64,000 bases of DNA from the NCBI RefSeq assembly GCF_009914755.1, contig NC_060925.1, one strand, 5' to 3'. Source of the DNA: the human T2T-CHM13v2.0 reference genome, Homo sapiens. A program made the translations under genes and the position numbers. Within the stretch, counting starts at the first letter, position 1; each line of letters opens with the position of its first letter. Of the stretch, positions 42,901 through 58,068 are shown one piece after another. Under the pieces are notes generated by a model. It made no database searches. It had not been told where the DNA came from and worked only from the letters and a program-made list of their open reading frames with translations.

Positions 42901-45900
42901 CATCGGATGGAAACGAATGGAATCATCATCGAATGGAAATGAAAGGAGTCATCATCTAATGGAATTGCATGGAATCATCATCAAATGGAATCGAATGGAA
43001 TCAACATCAAATGGAATCAAATGGAATCATTGAACGGAATTGAATGGAATCGTCATCGAATGAATTGACTGCAATCATCGAATGGTCTCGAATGGAATCA
43101 TCTTCAAATGGAATGGAATGGAATCATCGCATAGAATCGAATGGAATTATCATCGAATGGAATCGAATGGAATCAACATCAAATGGAAAAAAACGGAATT
43201 ATCGAATGGAATCGAAGAGAATCATCGAATGGACCCGAATGGAATCATCTAATGGAATGGAATGGAATAATCCATGGACTCGAATGCAATCATCATCGAA
43301 TGGAATCGAATGGAATCATCGAATGGACTCGAATGGAATAATCATTGAACGGAATCGAATGGAATCATCATCGGATGGAAATGAATGGAATCATCATCGA
43401 ATGGAATCGAATAGAATTATGGAATGAAATCCAGTGTGATCATCATCGAATGGACCCGAATGGAATCATCATCCAACGGAAGCTAATGGAATCAACATCG
43501 AATGAATCGAATGGAAACACCATCGAATTGAAACGAATGGAATTATCATGAAATTGAAATGGATGGACTCATCATCGAATGGATTCGAATGGAATCATCG
43601 AATAAAATTGATTGAAATCATCACCGAATGGAATCGAATGGTATCATTGAATGGAATCGAATGGAATCATCATCAGATGGAAATGAATGGAATTGTCATA
43701 GAATGGAATGGAATGGATTCATTGAATGGAATCAGATGGAATCATCGAATGGACTGGAATGGAATCATTGAATGGACTCGAAAGGGATCATGATTGAATG
43801 GAATTGAATGGAATCATCGAATGGTCTCGATTGGAATCATTATCAAATGGAATCGAATGGAATCACCGAATAGAATCGAATGGAACAATCATCTAATGGA
43901 CTCAAATGGAATTATCCTCCAATGGAATCGAATGGAATTATCGAATGCAATCGAATGGAATTATCGAATGCAATCGAATAGAATCATCGAAAGGACTCGA
44001 ATGGAATCATCGAATGGAATGGAATGGAACAGTCAATGAACTCGAATGGAATCATCATTGAATGGAATCGAATGGAATCATCGAGTGGAATCGAATGGAA
44101 TTATGATCAAATGGAATCGAATGTAATCATCATCAAATGGAATCAAAAATAACCATCATCAATTGGTATTGAATGGAATTGTCATCAAATGGAATTCAAA
44201 GGAATCATCATCAAATGGAACCGAATGGAATCCTCATTGAATGGAAATGAAAGGGGTCATCATCTAATGGAATCGCATGGAATCATCATCAAATGGAATC
44301 GAATGGAATCATCATCAAATGGAATCTAATGGAATCATTGAACAGAATTGAATGGAATCGTCATCGAATGAATTGAATGCAATCATCGAATGGTCTCGAA
44401 TGGAATCATCTTCTAATGGAAAGGAATGGAATCATCGCATAGAATCGAATGGAATTATCATCGAATGGAATCGAATGGTATCAACACCAAACGGAAAAAA
44501 ACGGAATTATCGAATGGAATCGAAGAGAATCTTCGAACGGACCCGAATGGAATCATCTAATGGAATGGAATGGAATAATCCATGGACTCGAATGCAATCA
44601 TCATCGAATGGAATCGACTGGAATCATCGAATGGACTCGAATGGAATAATCATTGAACGGAATCGAATGGAATCATCATCGGATGGAAACGAATGGAATC
44701 ATCATCGAATGGAAATGAAAGGAGTCATCATCTAATGGAATTGCATGGAATCATCATAAAATGGAATCGAATGGAATCAACCTCAAATGGAATCAAATGG
44801 AATCATTGAACGGAATTGAATGGAATCGTCATCGAATGAATTGACTGCAATCTTCGAATGGTCTCGAATGGAATCATCTTCAAATGGAATGGAATGGAAT
44901 CATCGCATAGAATCGAATGGAATTATCATCGAATGGAATCGAATGGAATCAACATCAAACGGAAAAAAACGGAATTATCGAATGGAATCGAAGAGAATCA
45001 TCGAATGGACCCGAATGGAATCATCTAATGGAATGGAATGGAATAATCCATGGACTCGAATGCAATCATCATCGAATGGAATCGAATGGAATCATCGAAT
45101 GGACTCGAATGGAATAATCATTGAACGGAATCGAATGGAATCATCATCGGATGGAAATGAATGGAATCATCATCGAATGGAATCGAATAGAATTATGGAA
45201 TGAAATCCAGTGTGATCATCATCGAATGGACCCGAATGGAATCATCATCCAACGGAAGCTAATGGAATCAACATCGAATGAATCGAATGGAAACACCATC
45301 GAATTGAAACGAATGGAATTATCATGAAATTGAAATGGATGGACTCATCATCGAATGGATTCGAATGGAATCATCGAATAAAATTGATTGAAATCATCAT
45401 GCAATGGAATCGAATGGTATCATTGAATGGAATCGAATGGAATCATCATCAGATGGAAATGAATGGAATCGTCATAGAATGGAATCGAATGGATTCATTG
45501 AATGGAATCAGATGGAATCATCGAATGGACTGGAATGGAATCATTGAATGGACTCGAAAGGGATCATGATTGAATGGAATTGAATGGAATCATCGAATGG
45601 TCTCGATTGGAATCATTATCAAATGGAATCGAATGGAATCACCGAATAGAATCGAATGGAACAATCATCAAATGGACTCAAATGGAATTATCCTCCAATG
45701 GAATCGAATGGAATTATCGAATGCAATCGAATGGAATTATCGAATGCAATCGAATAGAATCATCGAATGGACTCGAATGGAATCATCGAATGGAATGGAA
45801 TGGAACAGTCAATGAACTCGAATGGAATCATCATTGAATGGAATCGAATGGAATCATCGAGTGGAATCGAATGGAATTATGATCAAATGGAATCGAATGT

Positions 45901-48900
45901 AATCATCATCAAATGGAATCAAAAATAACCATCATCAATTGGTATTGAATGGAATTGTCATCAAATGGAATTCAAAGGAATCATCATCAAATGGAACCGA
46001 ATGGAATCCTCATTGAATGGAAATGAAAGGGGTCATCATCTAATGGAATCGCATGGAATCATCATCAAATGGAATCGAATGGAATCATCATCAAATGGAA
46101 TCTAATGGAATCATTGAACAGAATTGAATGGAATCGTCATCGAATGAATTGAATGCAATCATCGAATGGTCTCGAATGGAATCATCTTCTAATGGAAAGG
46201 AATGGAATCATCGCATAGAATCGAATGGAATTATCATCGAATGGAATCGAATGGTATCAACACCAAACGGAAAAAAACGGAATTATCGAATGGAATCGAA
46301 GAGAATCTTCGAACGGACCCGAATGGAATCATCTAATGGAATGGAATGGAATAATCCATGGACTCGAATGCAATCATCATCGAATGGAATGGAATGGAAT
46401 CATCGAATGGACTCGAATGGAATAATCATTGAACGGAATCGAATGGAATCATCATCGGATGGAAATGAATGGAATCATCATCGAATGGAAATGAAAGGAG
46501 TCATCATCTAATGGAATTGCATGGAATCATCATAAAATGGAATCGAATGGAATCAACATCAAATGGAATCAAATGGAATCATTGAACGGAATTGAATGGA
46601 ATCGTCATCGAATGAATTGACTGCAATCATCGAATGGTCTCGAATGGAATCATCTTCAAATGGAATGGAATGGAATCATCGCATAGAATCGAATGGAATT
46701 ATCATCGAATGGAATCGAATGGAATCAACATCAAACGGAAAAAAACGGAATTATCGAATGGAATCGAAGAGAATCATCGAATGGACCCGAATGGAATCAT
46801 CTAATGGAATGGAATGGAATAATCCATGGACTCGAATGCAATCATCATCGAATGGAATCGAATGGAATCATCGCATGGACTCGAATGGAATAATCATTGA
46901 ACGGAATCGAATGGAATCATCATCGGATGGAAATGAATGGAATCATCATCGAATGGAATCGAATAGAATTATGGAATGAAATCCAGTGTGATCATCATCG
47001 AATGGACCCGAATGGAATCATCATCCAACGGAAGCTAATGGAATCAACATCGAATGAATCGAATGGAAACACCATCGAATTGAAACGAATGGAATTATTA
47101 TGAAATTGAAATGGATGGACTCATCATCGAATGGATTCGAATGGAATCATCGAATAAAATTGACTGAAATCATCATCCAATGGAATCGAATGGTATCATT
47201 GAATGGAATCGAATGGAATCATCATCAGATGGAAATGAATGGAATCGTCATAGAATGAAATCGAATGGATTCATTGAATGGAATCAGATGGAATCATCGA
47301 ATGGACTGGAATGGAATCATTGAATGGACTCGAAAGGGATCATGATTGAATGGAATTGAATGGAATCATCGAATGGTCTCGATTGGAATCATTATCAAAT
47401 GGAATCGAATGGAATCACCGAATAGAATCGAATGGAACAATCATCTAATGGACTCAAATGGAATTATCCTCCAATGGAATCGAATGGAATTATCGAATGC
47501 AATCGAATGGAATTATCGAATGCAATCGAATAGAATCATCGAAAGGACTCGAATGGAATCATCGAATGGAATGGAATGGAACAGTCAATGAACTCGAATG
47601 GAATCATCATTGAATGGAATCGAATGGAATCATCGAGTGGAATCGAATGGAATTATGATCAAATGGAATCGAATGTAATCATCATCAAATGGAATCAAAA
47701 ATAACCATCATCAATTGGTATTGAATGGAATTGTCATCAAATGGAATTCAAAGGAATCATCATCAAATGGAACCGAATGGAATCCTCATTGAATGGAAAT
47801 GAAAGGGGTCATCATCTAATGGAATCGCATGGAATCATCATCAAATGGAATCGAATGGAATCATCATCAAATGGAATCTAATGGAATCATTGAACAGAAT
47901 TGAATGGAATCGTCATCGAATGAATTGAATGCAATCATCGAATGGTCTCGAATGGAATCATCTTCTAATGGAAAGGAATGGAATCATCGCATAGAATCGA
48001 ATGGAATTATCATCGAATGGAATCGAATGGTATCAACACCAAACGGAAAAAAACGGAATTATCGAATGGAATCGAAGAGAATCTTCGAACGGACCCGAAT
48101 GGAATCATCTAATGGAATGGAATGGAATAATCCATGGACTCGAATGCAATCATCATCGAATGGAATCGACTGGAATCATCGAATGGACTCGAATGGAATA
48201 ATCATTGAACGGAATCGAATGGAATCATCATCGGATGGAAACGAATGGAATCATCATCGAATGGAAATGAAAGGAGTCATCATCTAATGGAATTGCATGG
48301 AATCATCATAAAATGGAATCGAATGGAATCAACCTCAAATGGAATCAAATGGAATCATTGAACGGAATTGAATGGAATCGTCATCGAATGAATTGACTGC
48401 AATCATCGAATGGTCTCGAATGGAATCATCTTCAAATGGAATGGAATGGAATCATCGCATAGAATCGAATGGAATTATCATCGAATGGAATCGAATGGAA
48501 TCAACATCAAACGGAAAAAAACGGAATTATCGAATGGAATCGAAGAGAATCATCGAATGGACCCGAATGGAATAATCTAATGGAATGGAATGGAATAATC
48601 CATGGACTCGAATGCAATCATCATCGAATGGAATCGAATGGAATCATCGAATGGACTCGAATGGAATAATCATTGAACGGAATCGAATGGAATCATCATC
48701 GGATGGAAATGAATGGAATCATCATCGAATGGAATCGAATAGAATTATGGAATGAAATCCAGTGTGATCATCATCGAATGGACCCGAATGGAATCATCAT
48801 CCAACGGAAGCTAATGGAATCAACATCGAATGAATCGAATGGAAACACCATCGAATTGAAACGAATGGAATTATCATGAAATTGAAATGGATGGACTCAT

Positions 48901-51455
48901 CATCGAATGGATTCGAATGGAATCATCGAATAAAATTGATTGAAATCATCATCCAATGGAATCGAATGGTATCATTGAATGGAATCGAATGGAATCATCA
49001 TCAGATGGAAATGAATGGAATCGTCATAGAATGGAATCGAATGGATTCATTGAATGGAATCAGATGGAATCATCGAATGGACTGGAATGGAATCATTGAA
49101 TGGACTCGAAAGGGATCATTATTGAATGGAATTGAATGGAATCATCGAATGGTCTCGATTGGAATCATTATCAAATGGAATCGAATGGAATCACCGAATA
49201 GAATCGAATGGAACAATCATCAAATGGACTCAAATGGAATTATCCTCCAATGGAATCGAATGGAATTATCGAATGCAATCGAATGGAATTATCGAATGCA
49301 ATCGAATAGAATCATCGAATGGACTCGAATGGAATCATCGAATGGAATGGAATGGAACAGTCAATGAACTCGAATGGAATCATCATTGAATGGAATCGAA
49401 TGGAATCATCGAGTGGAATCGAATGGAATTATGATCAAATGGAATCGAATGTAATCATCATCAAATGGAATCAAAAATAACCATCATCAATTGGTATTGA
49501 ATGGAATTGTCATCAAATGGAATTCAAAGGAATCATCATCAAATGGAACCGAATGGAATCCTCATTGAATGGAAATGAAAGGGGTCATCATCTAATGGAA
49601 TCGCATGGAATCATCATCAAATGGAATCGAATGGAATCATCATCAAATGGAATCTAATGGAATCATTGAACAGAATTGAATGGAATCGTCATCGAATGAA
49701 TTGAATGCAATCATCGAATGGTCTCGAATGGAATCATCTTCTAATGGAAAGGAATGGAATCATCGCATAGAATCGAATGGAATTATCATCGAATGGAATC
49801 GAATGGTATCAACACCAAACGGAAAAAAACGGAATTATCGAATGGAATCGAAGAGAATCTTCGAACGGACCCGAATGGAATCATCTAATGGAATGGAATG
49901 GAATAATCCATGGACTCGAATGCAATCATCATCGAATGGAATGGAATGGAATCATCGAATGGACTCGAATGGAATAATCATTGAACGGAATCGAATGGAA
50001 TCATCATCGGATGGAAATGAATGGAATCATCATCGAATGGAAATGAAAGGAGTCATCATCTAATGGAATTGCATGGAATCATCATAAAATGGAATCGAAT
50101 GGAATCAACATCAAATGGAATCAAATGGAATCATTGAACGGAATTGAATGGAATCGTCATCGAATGAATTGACTGCAATCATCGAATGGTCTCGAATGGA
50201 ATCATCTTCAAATGGAATGGAATGGAATCATCGCATAGAATCGAATGGAATTATCATCGAATGGAATCGAATGGAATCAACATCAAACGGAAAAAAACGG
50301 AATTATCGAATGGAATCGAAGAGAATCATCGAATGGACCCGAATGGAATCATCTAATGGAATGGAATGGAATAATCCATGGACTCGAATGCAATCATCAT
50401 CGAATGGAATCGAATGGAATCATCGCATGGACTCGAATGGAATAATCATTGAACGGAATCGAATGGAATCATCATCGGATGGAAATGAATGGAATCATCA
50501 TCGAATGGAATCGAATAGAATTATGGAATGAAATCCAGTGTGATCATCATCGAATGGACCCGAATGGAATCATCATCCAACGGAAGCTAATGGAATCAAC
50601 ATCGAATGAATCGAATGGAAACACCATCGAATTGAAACGAATGGAATTATTATGAAATTGAAATGGATGGACTCATCATCGAATGGATTCGAATGGAATC
50701 ATCGAATAAAATTGACTGAAATCATCATCCAATGGAATCGAATGGTATCATTGAATGGAATCGAATGGAATCATCATCAGATGGAAATGAATGGAATCGT
50801 CATAGAATGAAATCGAATGGATTCATTGAATGGAATCAGATGGAATCATCGAATGGACTGGAATGGAATCATTGAATGGACTCGAAAGGGATCATGATTG
50901 AATGGAATTGAATGGAATCATCGAATGGTCTCGATTGGAATCATTATCAAATGGAATCGAATGGAATCACCGAATAGAATCGAATGGAACAATCATCGAA
51001 TGGACTCAAATGGAATTATCCTCAAATGGAATCGAATGGAATTATCGAATGCAATCGAATGGAATAATCGAATGCAATCGAATAGAATCATCGAAAGGAC
51101 TCGAATGGAATCATCGAATGGAATGGAATGGAACAGTCAATGAAGTCGAATGGAATCATCATTGAATGGAATCGAATGGAATCATCGACTGGAATCGAAT
51201 GGAATTATGATCAAATGGAATCGAATGTAATCATCATCAAATGGAATCAAAAATAACCATCATCAATTGGTATTGAATGGAATTGTCATCAAATGGAATT
51301 CAAAGGAATCATCATCAAATGGAACCGAATGGAATCCTCATTGAATGGAAATGAAAGGGGTCATCATCTAATGGAATCGCATGGAATCATCATCAAATGG
51401 AATAGAATGGAATCATCATCAAATGGAATCTAATGGAATCATTGAACAGAATTGA
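15936..51455 (+). repeat. Twenty consecutive units of exactly 1,776 bp
   Basis: Unit starts run 15936, 17712, 19488 ... 49680, 51456, and 35,520 = 20 x 1,776. Confidence 0.95.
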
Positions 51456-52763
51456 ATGGAATCGTCATCGAATGAATTGAATGCAATCATCGAATGGTCT
51501 CGAATGGAATCTTCTTCTAATGGAAAGGAATGGAATCATCGCATAGAATCGAATGGAATTATCATCGAATGGAATCGAATGGTATCAACACCAAACGGAA
51601 AAAAACGGAATTATCGAATGGAATCGAAGAGAATCTTCGAACGGACCCGAATGGAATCATCTAATGGAATGGAATGGAATAATCCATGGACTCGAATGCA
51701 ATCATCATCGAATGGAATCGAATGGAATCATCGAATGGACTCGAATGGAATAATCATTGAACGGAATCGAATGGAATCATCATCGGATGGAAATGAATGG
51801 AATCATCATCGAATGGAATCGAATAGAATTATGGAATGAAATCCAGTGTGATCATCATCGAATGGACCCGAATGGAATCATCATCCAACGGAAGCTAATG
51901 GAATCAACATCGAATGAATCGAATGGAAACACCATCGAATTGAAACGAATGGAATTATCATGAAATTGAAATGGATGGACTCATCATCGAATGGATTCGA
52001 ATGGAATCATCGAATAAAATTGATTGAAATCATCATCCAATGGAATCGAATGGTATCATTGAATGGAATCGAATGGAATCATCATCAGATGGAAATGAAT
52101 GGAATCGTCATAGAATGGAATCGAATGGATTCATTGAATGGAATCAGATGTAATCATCGAATGGACTGGAATGGAATCATTGAATGGACTCGAAAGGGAT
52201 CATGATTGAATGGAATTGAATGGAATCATCGAATGGTCTCGATTGGAATCATTATCAAATGGAATCGAATGGAATCACCGAATAGAATCGAATGGAACAA
52301 TCATCGAATGGACTCAAATGGAATTATCCTCAAATGGAATCGAATGGAATTATCGAATGCAATCGAATGGAATTATCGAATGCAATCGAATAGAATCATC
52401 GAATGGACTCGAATGGAATCATCGAATGGAATGGAATGGAACAGTCAATGAACTCGAATGGAATCATCATTGAATGGAATCGAATGGAATCATCGAGTGG
52501 AATCGAATGGAATTATGATCAAATGGAATCGAATGTAATCATCATCAAATGGAATCAAAAATAACCATCATCAATTGGTATTGAATGGAATTGTCATCAA
52601 ATGGAATTCAAAGGAATCATCATCAAATGGAACCGAATGGAATCCTCATTGAATGGAAATGAAAGGGGTCATCATCTAATGGAATCGCATGGAATCATCA
52701 TCAAATGGAATCGAATGGAATCATCATCAAATGGAATCTAATGGAATCATTGAACAGAATTGA
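51456..52763 (+). repeat. 1,308-bp variant unit, A-type body (late crossover), normal two 23-mers
   Basis: A markers continue through GAATCTTCGAACGG (~51631-51644), followed by the B-type exit GAATAGAATTATGG. Unit starts at 51456 and 52764. Confidence 0.9.
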
Positions 52764-55700
52764 ATGGAATCGTCATCGAATGAATTGAATGCAATCATCG
52801 AATGGTCTCGAATGGAATCATCTTCTAATGGAAAGGAATGGAATCATCGCATAGAATCGAATGGAATTATCATCGAATGGAATCGAATGGTATCAACACC
52901 AAACGGAAAAATACGGAATTATCGAATGGAATCGAAGAGAATCTTCGAACGGACCCGAATGGAATCATCTAATGGAATGGAATGGAATAATCCATGGACT
53001 CGAATGCAATCATCATCGAATGGAATCGACTGGAATCATCGAATGGACTCGAATGGAATAATCATTGAACGGAATCGAATGGAATCATCATCGGATGGAA
53101 ACGAATGGAATCATCATCGAATGGAAATGAAAGGAGTCATCATCTAATGGAATTGCATGGAATCATCATAAAATGGAATCGAATGGAATCAACATCAAAT
53201 GGAATCAAATGGAATCATTGAACGGAATTGAATGGAATCGTCATCGAATGAATTGACTGCAATCATCGAATGGTCTCGAATGGAATCATCTTCAAATGGA
53301 ATGGAATGGAATCATCGCATAGAATCGAATGGAATTATCATCGAATGGAATCGAATGGAATCAACATCAAACGGAAAAAAACGGAATTATCGAATGGAAT
53401 CGAAGAGAATCATCGAATGGACCCGAATGGAATCATCTAATGGAATGGAATGGAATAATCCATGGACTCGAATGCAATCATCATCGAATGGAATCGAATG
53501 GAATCATCGAATGGACTCGAATGGAATAATCATTGAACGGAATCGAATGGAATCATCATCGGATGGAAATGAATGGAATCATCATCGAATGGAATCGAAT
53601 AGAATTATGGAATGAAATCCAGTGTGATCATCATCGAATGGACCCGAATGGAATCATCATCCAACGGAAGCTAATGGAATCAACATCGAATGAATCGAAT
53701 GGAAACACCATCGAATTGAAACGAATGGAATTATCATGAAATTGAAATGGATGGACTCATCATCGAATGGATTCGAATGGAATCATCGAATAAAATTGAT
53801 TGAAATCATCATCCAATGGAATCGAATGGTATCATTGAATGGAAACGAATAGAATCATCATCAGATGGAAATGAATGGAATCGTCATAGAATGGAATCGA
53901 ATGGATTCATTGAATGGAATCAGATGGAATCATCGAATGGACTGGAATGGAATCATTGAATGGACTCGAAAGGGATCATGATTGAATGGAATTGAATGGA
54001 ATCATCGAATGGTCTCGATTGGAATCATTATCAAATGGAATCGAATGGAATCACCGAATAGAATCGAATGGAACAATCATCGAATGGACTCAAATGGAAT
54101 TATCCTCCAATGGAATCGAATGGAATTATCGAATGCAATCGAATGGAATTATCGAATGCAATCGAATAGAATCATCGAATGGACTCGAATGGAATCATCG
54201 AATGGAATGGAATGGAACAGTCAATGAACTCGAATGGAATCATCATTGAATGGAATCGAATGGAATCATCGAGTGGAATCGAATGGAATTATGATCAAAT
54301 GGAATCGAATGTAATCATCATCAAATGGAATCAAAAATAACCATCATCAATTGGTATTGAATGGAATTGTCATCAAATGGAATTCAAAGGAATCATCATC
54401 AAATGGAACCGAATGGAATCCTCATTGAATGGAAATGAAAGGGGTCATCATCTAATGGAATCGCATGGAATCATCATCAAATGGAATCGAATGGAATCAT
54501 CATCAAATGGAATCTAATGGAATCATTGAACAGAATTGAATGGAATCGTCATCGAATGAATTGAATGCAATCATCGAATGGTCTCGAATGGAATCATCTT
54601 CTAATGGAAAGGAATGGAATCATCGCATAGAATCGAATGGAATTATCATCGAATGGAATCAAATGGTATCAACACCAAACGGAAAAAAACGGAATTATCG
54701 AATGGAATCGAAGAGAATCTTCGAACGGACCCGAATGGAATCATCTAATGGAATGGAATGGAATAATCCATGGACGCGAATGCAATCATCATCGAATGGA
54801 ATGGAATGGAATCATCGAATGGACTCGAATGGAATAATCATTGAACGGAATCGAATGGAATCATCATCGGATGGAAACGAATGGAATCATCATCGAATGG
54901 AAATGAAAGGAGTCATCATCTAATGGAATTGCATGGAATCATCATAAAATGGAATCGAAAGGAATCAACATCAAATGGAATCAAATGGAATCATTGAACG
55001 GAATTGAATGGAATCGTCATCGAATGAATTGACTGCAATCATCGAATGGTCTCGAATGGAATCATCTTCAAATGGAATGGAATGGAATCATCGCATAGAA
55101 TCGAATGGAATTATCATCGAATGGAATCGAATGGAATCAACATCAAATGGAAAAAAACGGAATTATCGAATGGAATCGAAGAGAATCATCGAATGGACCC
55201 GAATGGAATCATCTAATGGAATGGAATGGAATAATCCATGGACTCGAATGCAATCATCATCGAATGGAATCGAATGGAATCATCGAATGGACTCGAATGG
55301 AATAATCATTGAACGGAATCGAATGGAATCATCATCGGATGGAAATGAATGGAATCATCATCGAATGGAATCGAATATAATTATGGAATGAAATCCAGTG
55401 TGATCATCATCGAATGGACCCGAATGGAATCATCATCCAACGGAAGCTAATGGAATCAACATCGAATGAATCGAATGGAAACACCATCGAATTGAAACGA
55501 ATGGAATTATTATGAAATTGAAATGGATGGACTCATCATCGAATGGATTCGAATGGAATCATCGAATAAAATTGATTGAAATCATCATCCAATGGAATCG
55601 AATGGTATCATTGAATGGAATCGAATGGAATCATCATCAGATGGAAATGAATGGAATCGTCATAGAATGGAATCGAATGGATTCATTGAATGGAATCAGA

Positions 55701-56315
55701 TGGAATCATCGAATGGACTGGAATGGAATCATTGAATGGACTCGAAAGGGATCATGATTGAATGGAATTGAATGGAATCATCGAATGGTCTCGATTGGAA
55801 TCATTATCAAATGGAATCGAATGGAATCACCGAATAGAATCGAATGGAACAATCATCGAATGGACTCAAATGGAATTATCCTCAAATGGAATCGAATGGA
55901 ATTATCGAATGCAATCGAATGGAATTATCGAATGCAATCGAATAGAATCATCGAATGGACTCGAATGGAATCATCGAATGGAATGGAATGGAACAGTCAA
56001 TGAACTCGAATGGAATCATCATTGATTGGAATCGAATGGAATCATCGAGTGGAATCGAATGGAATTATGATCAAATGGAATCGAATGTAATCATCATCAA
56101 ATGGAATCAAAAATAACCATCATCAATTGGTATTGAATGGAATTGTCATCAAATGGAATTCAAAGGAATCATCATCAAATGGAACCGAATGGAATCCTCA
56201 TTGAATGGAAATGAAAGGGGTCATCATCTAATGGAAGCGCATGGAATCATCATCAAATGGAATCGAATGGAATCATCATCAAATGGAATCTAATGGAATC
56301 ATTGAACAGAATTGA

Positions 56316-58068
56316 ATGGAATCGTCATCGAATGAATTGAATGCAATCATCGAATGGTCTCGAATGGAATCATCTTCTAATGGAAAGGAATGGAATCATC
56401 GCATAGAATCGAATGGAATTATCATCGAATGGAATCGAATGGTATCAACACCAAACGGAAAAAAACGGAATTATCGAATGGAATCGAAGAGAATCTTCGA
56501 ACGGACCCGAATGGAATCATCTAATGGAATGGAATGGAATAATCCATGGACTCGAATGCAATCATCATCGAATGGAATCGAATGGAATCATCGAATGGAC
56601 TCGAATGGAATAATCATTGAACGGAATCGAATGGAATCATCATCGGATGGAAACGAATGGAATCATCATCGAATGGAAATGAAAGGAGTCATCATCTAAT
56701 GGAATTGCATGGAATCATCATAAAATGCAATCGAATGGAATCAACATCAAATGGAATCAAATGGAATCATTGAACGGAATTGAATGGAATCGTCATCGAA
56801 TGAATTGACTGCAATCATCGAATGGTCTCGAATGGAATCATCTTCAAATGGAATGGAATGGAATCATCGCATAGAATCGAATGGAATTATCATCGAATGG
56901 AATCGAATGGAATCAACATCAAACGGAAAAAAACAGAATTATCGTATGGAATCTAAGAGAATCATCGAATGGACCCGAATGGAATCATCTAATGGAATGG
57001 AATGGAATAATCCATGGACTCGAATGCAATCATCATCGAATGGAATCGAATGGAATCATCGAATGGACTCGAATGGAATAATCATTGAACGGAATCGAAT
57101 GGAATCATCATCGGATGGAAATGAATGGAATCATCATCGAATGGAATCGAATAGAATTATGGAATGAAATCCAGTGTGATCATCATCGAATGGACCCGAA
57201 TGGAATCATCATCCAACGGAAGCTAATGGAATCAACATCGAATGAATCGAATGGAAACACCATCGAATTGAAACGAATGGAATTATCATGAAATTGAAAT
57301 GGATGGACACATCATCGAATGGATTCGAATGGAATCATCGAATAAAATTGATTGAAATCATCATCAAATCGAATCGAATGGTATCATTGAATGGAATCGA
57401 ATGGAATCATCATCAGATGGAAATGAATGGAATCGTCATAGAATGGAATCGAATGGATTCATTGAATGGAATCAGATGGAATCATCGAATGGACTGGAAT
57501 GGAATCATTGAATGGACTCGAAAGGGATCATTATTGAATGGAATTGAATGGAATCATCGAATGGTCTCGATTGGAATCATTACCAAATGGAATCGAATGG
57601 AATCACCGAATAGAATCGAATGGAACAATCATCGAATGGACTCAAATGGAATTATCCTCAAATGGAATCGAATGGAATTATCGAATGCAATCGAATAGAA
57701 TCATCGAATGGACTCGAATGGAATCATCGAATGGAATGGAATGGAACAGTCAATGAACTCGAATGGAATCATCATTGAATGGAATCGAATGGAATCATCG
57801 AGTGGAATCGAATGGAATTATGATCAAATGGAATCGAATGTATTCATCATCAAATGGAATCAAAAATAACCATCATCAATTGGTATTGAATGGAATTGTC
57901 ATCAAATGGAATTCAAAGGAATCATCATCAAATGGAACCGAATGGAATCCTCATTGAATGGAAATGAAAGGGGTCATCATCTAATGGAATCGCATGGAAT
58001 CATCATCAAATGGAATCGAATGGAATCATCATCAAATGGAATCTAATGGAATCATTGAACAGAATTGA
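56316..58068 (+). repeat. 1,753-bp variant unit (-23 bp)
   Basis: Only one TTATCGAATGCAATCGAAT copy, at 57678-57700. Unit starts at 56316 and 58069. Confidence 0.92.
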
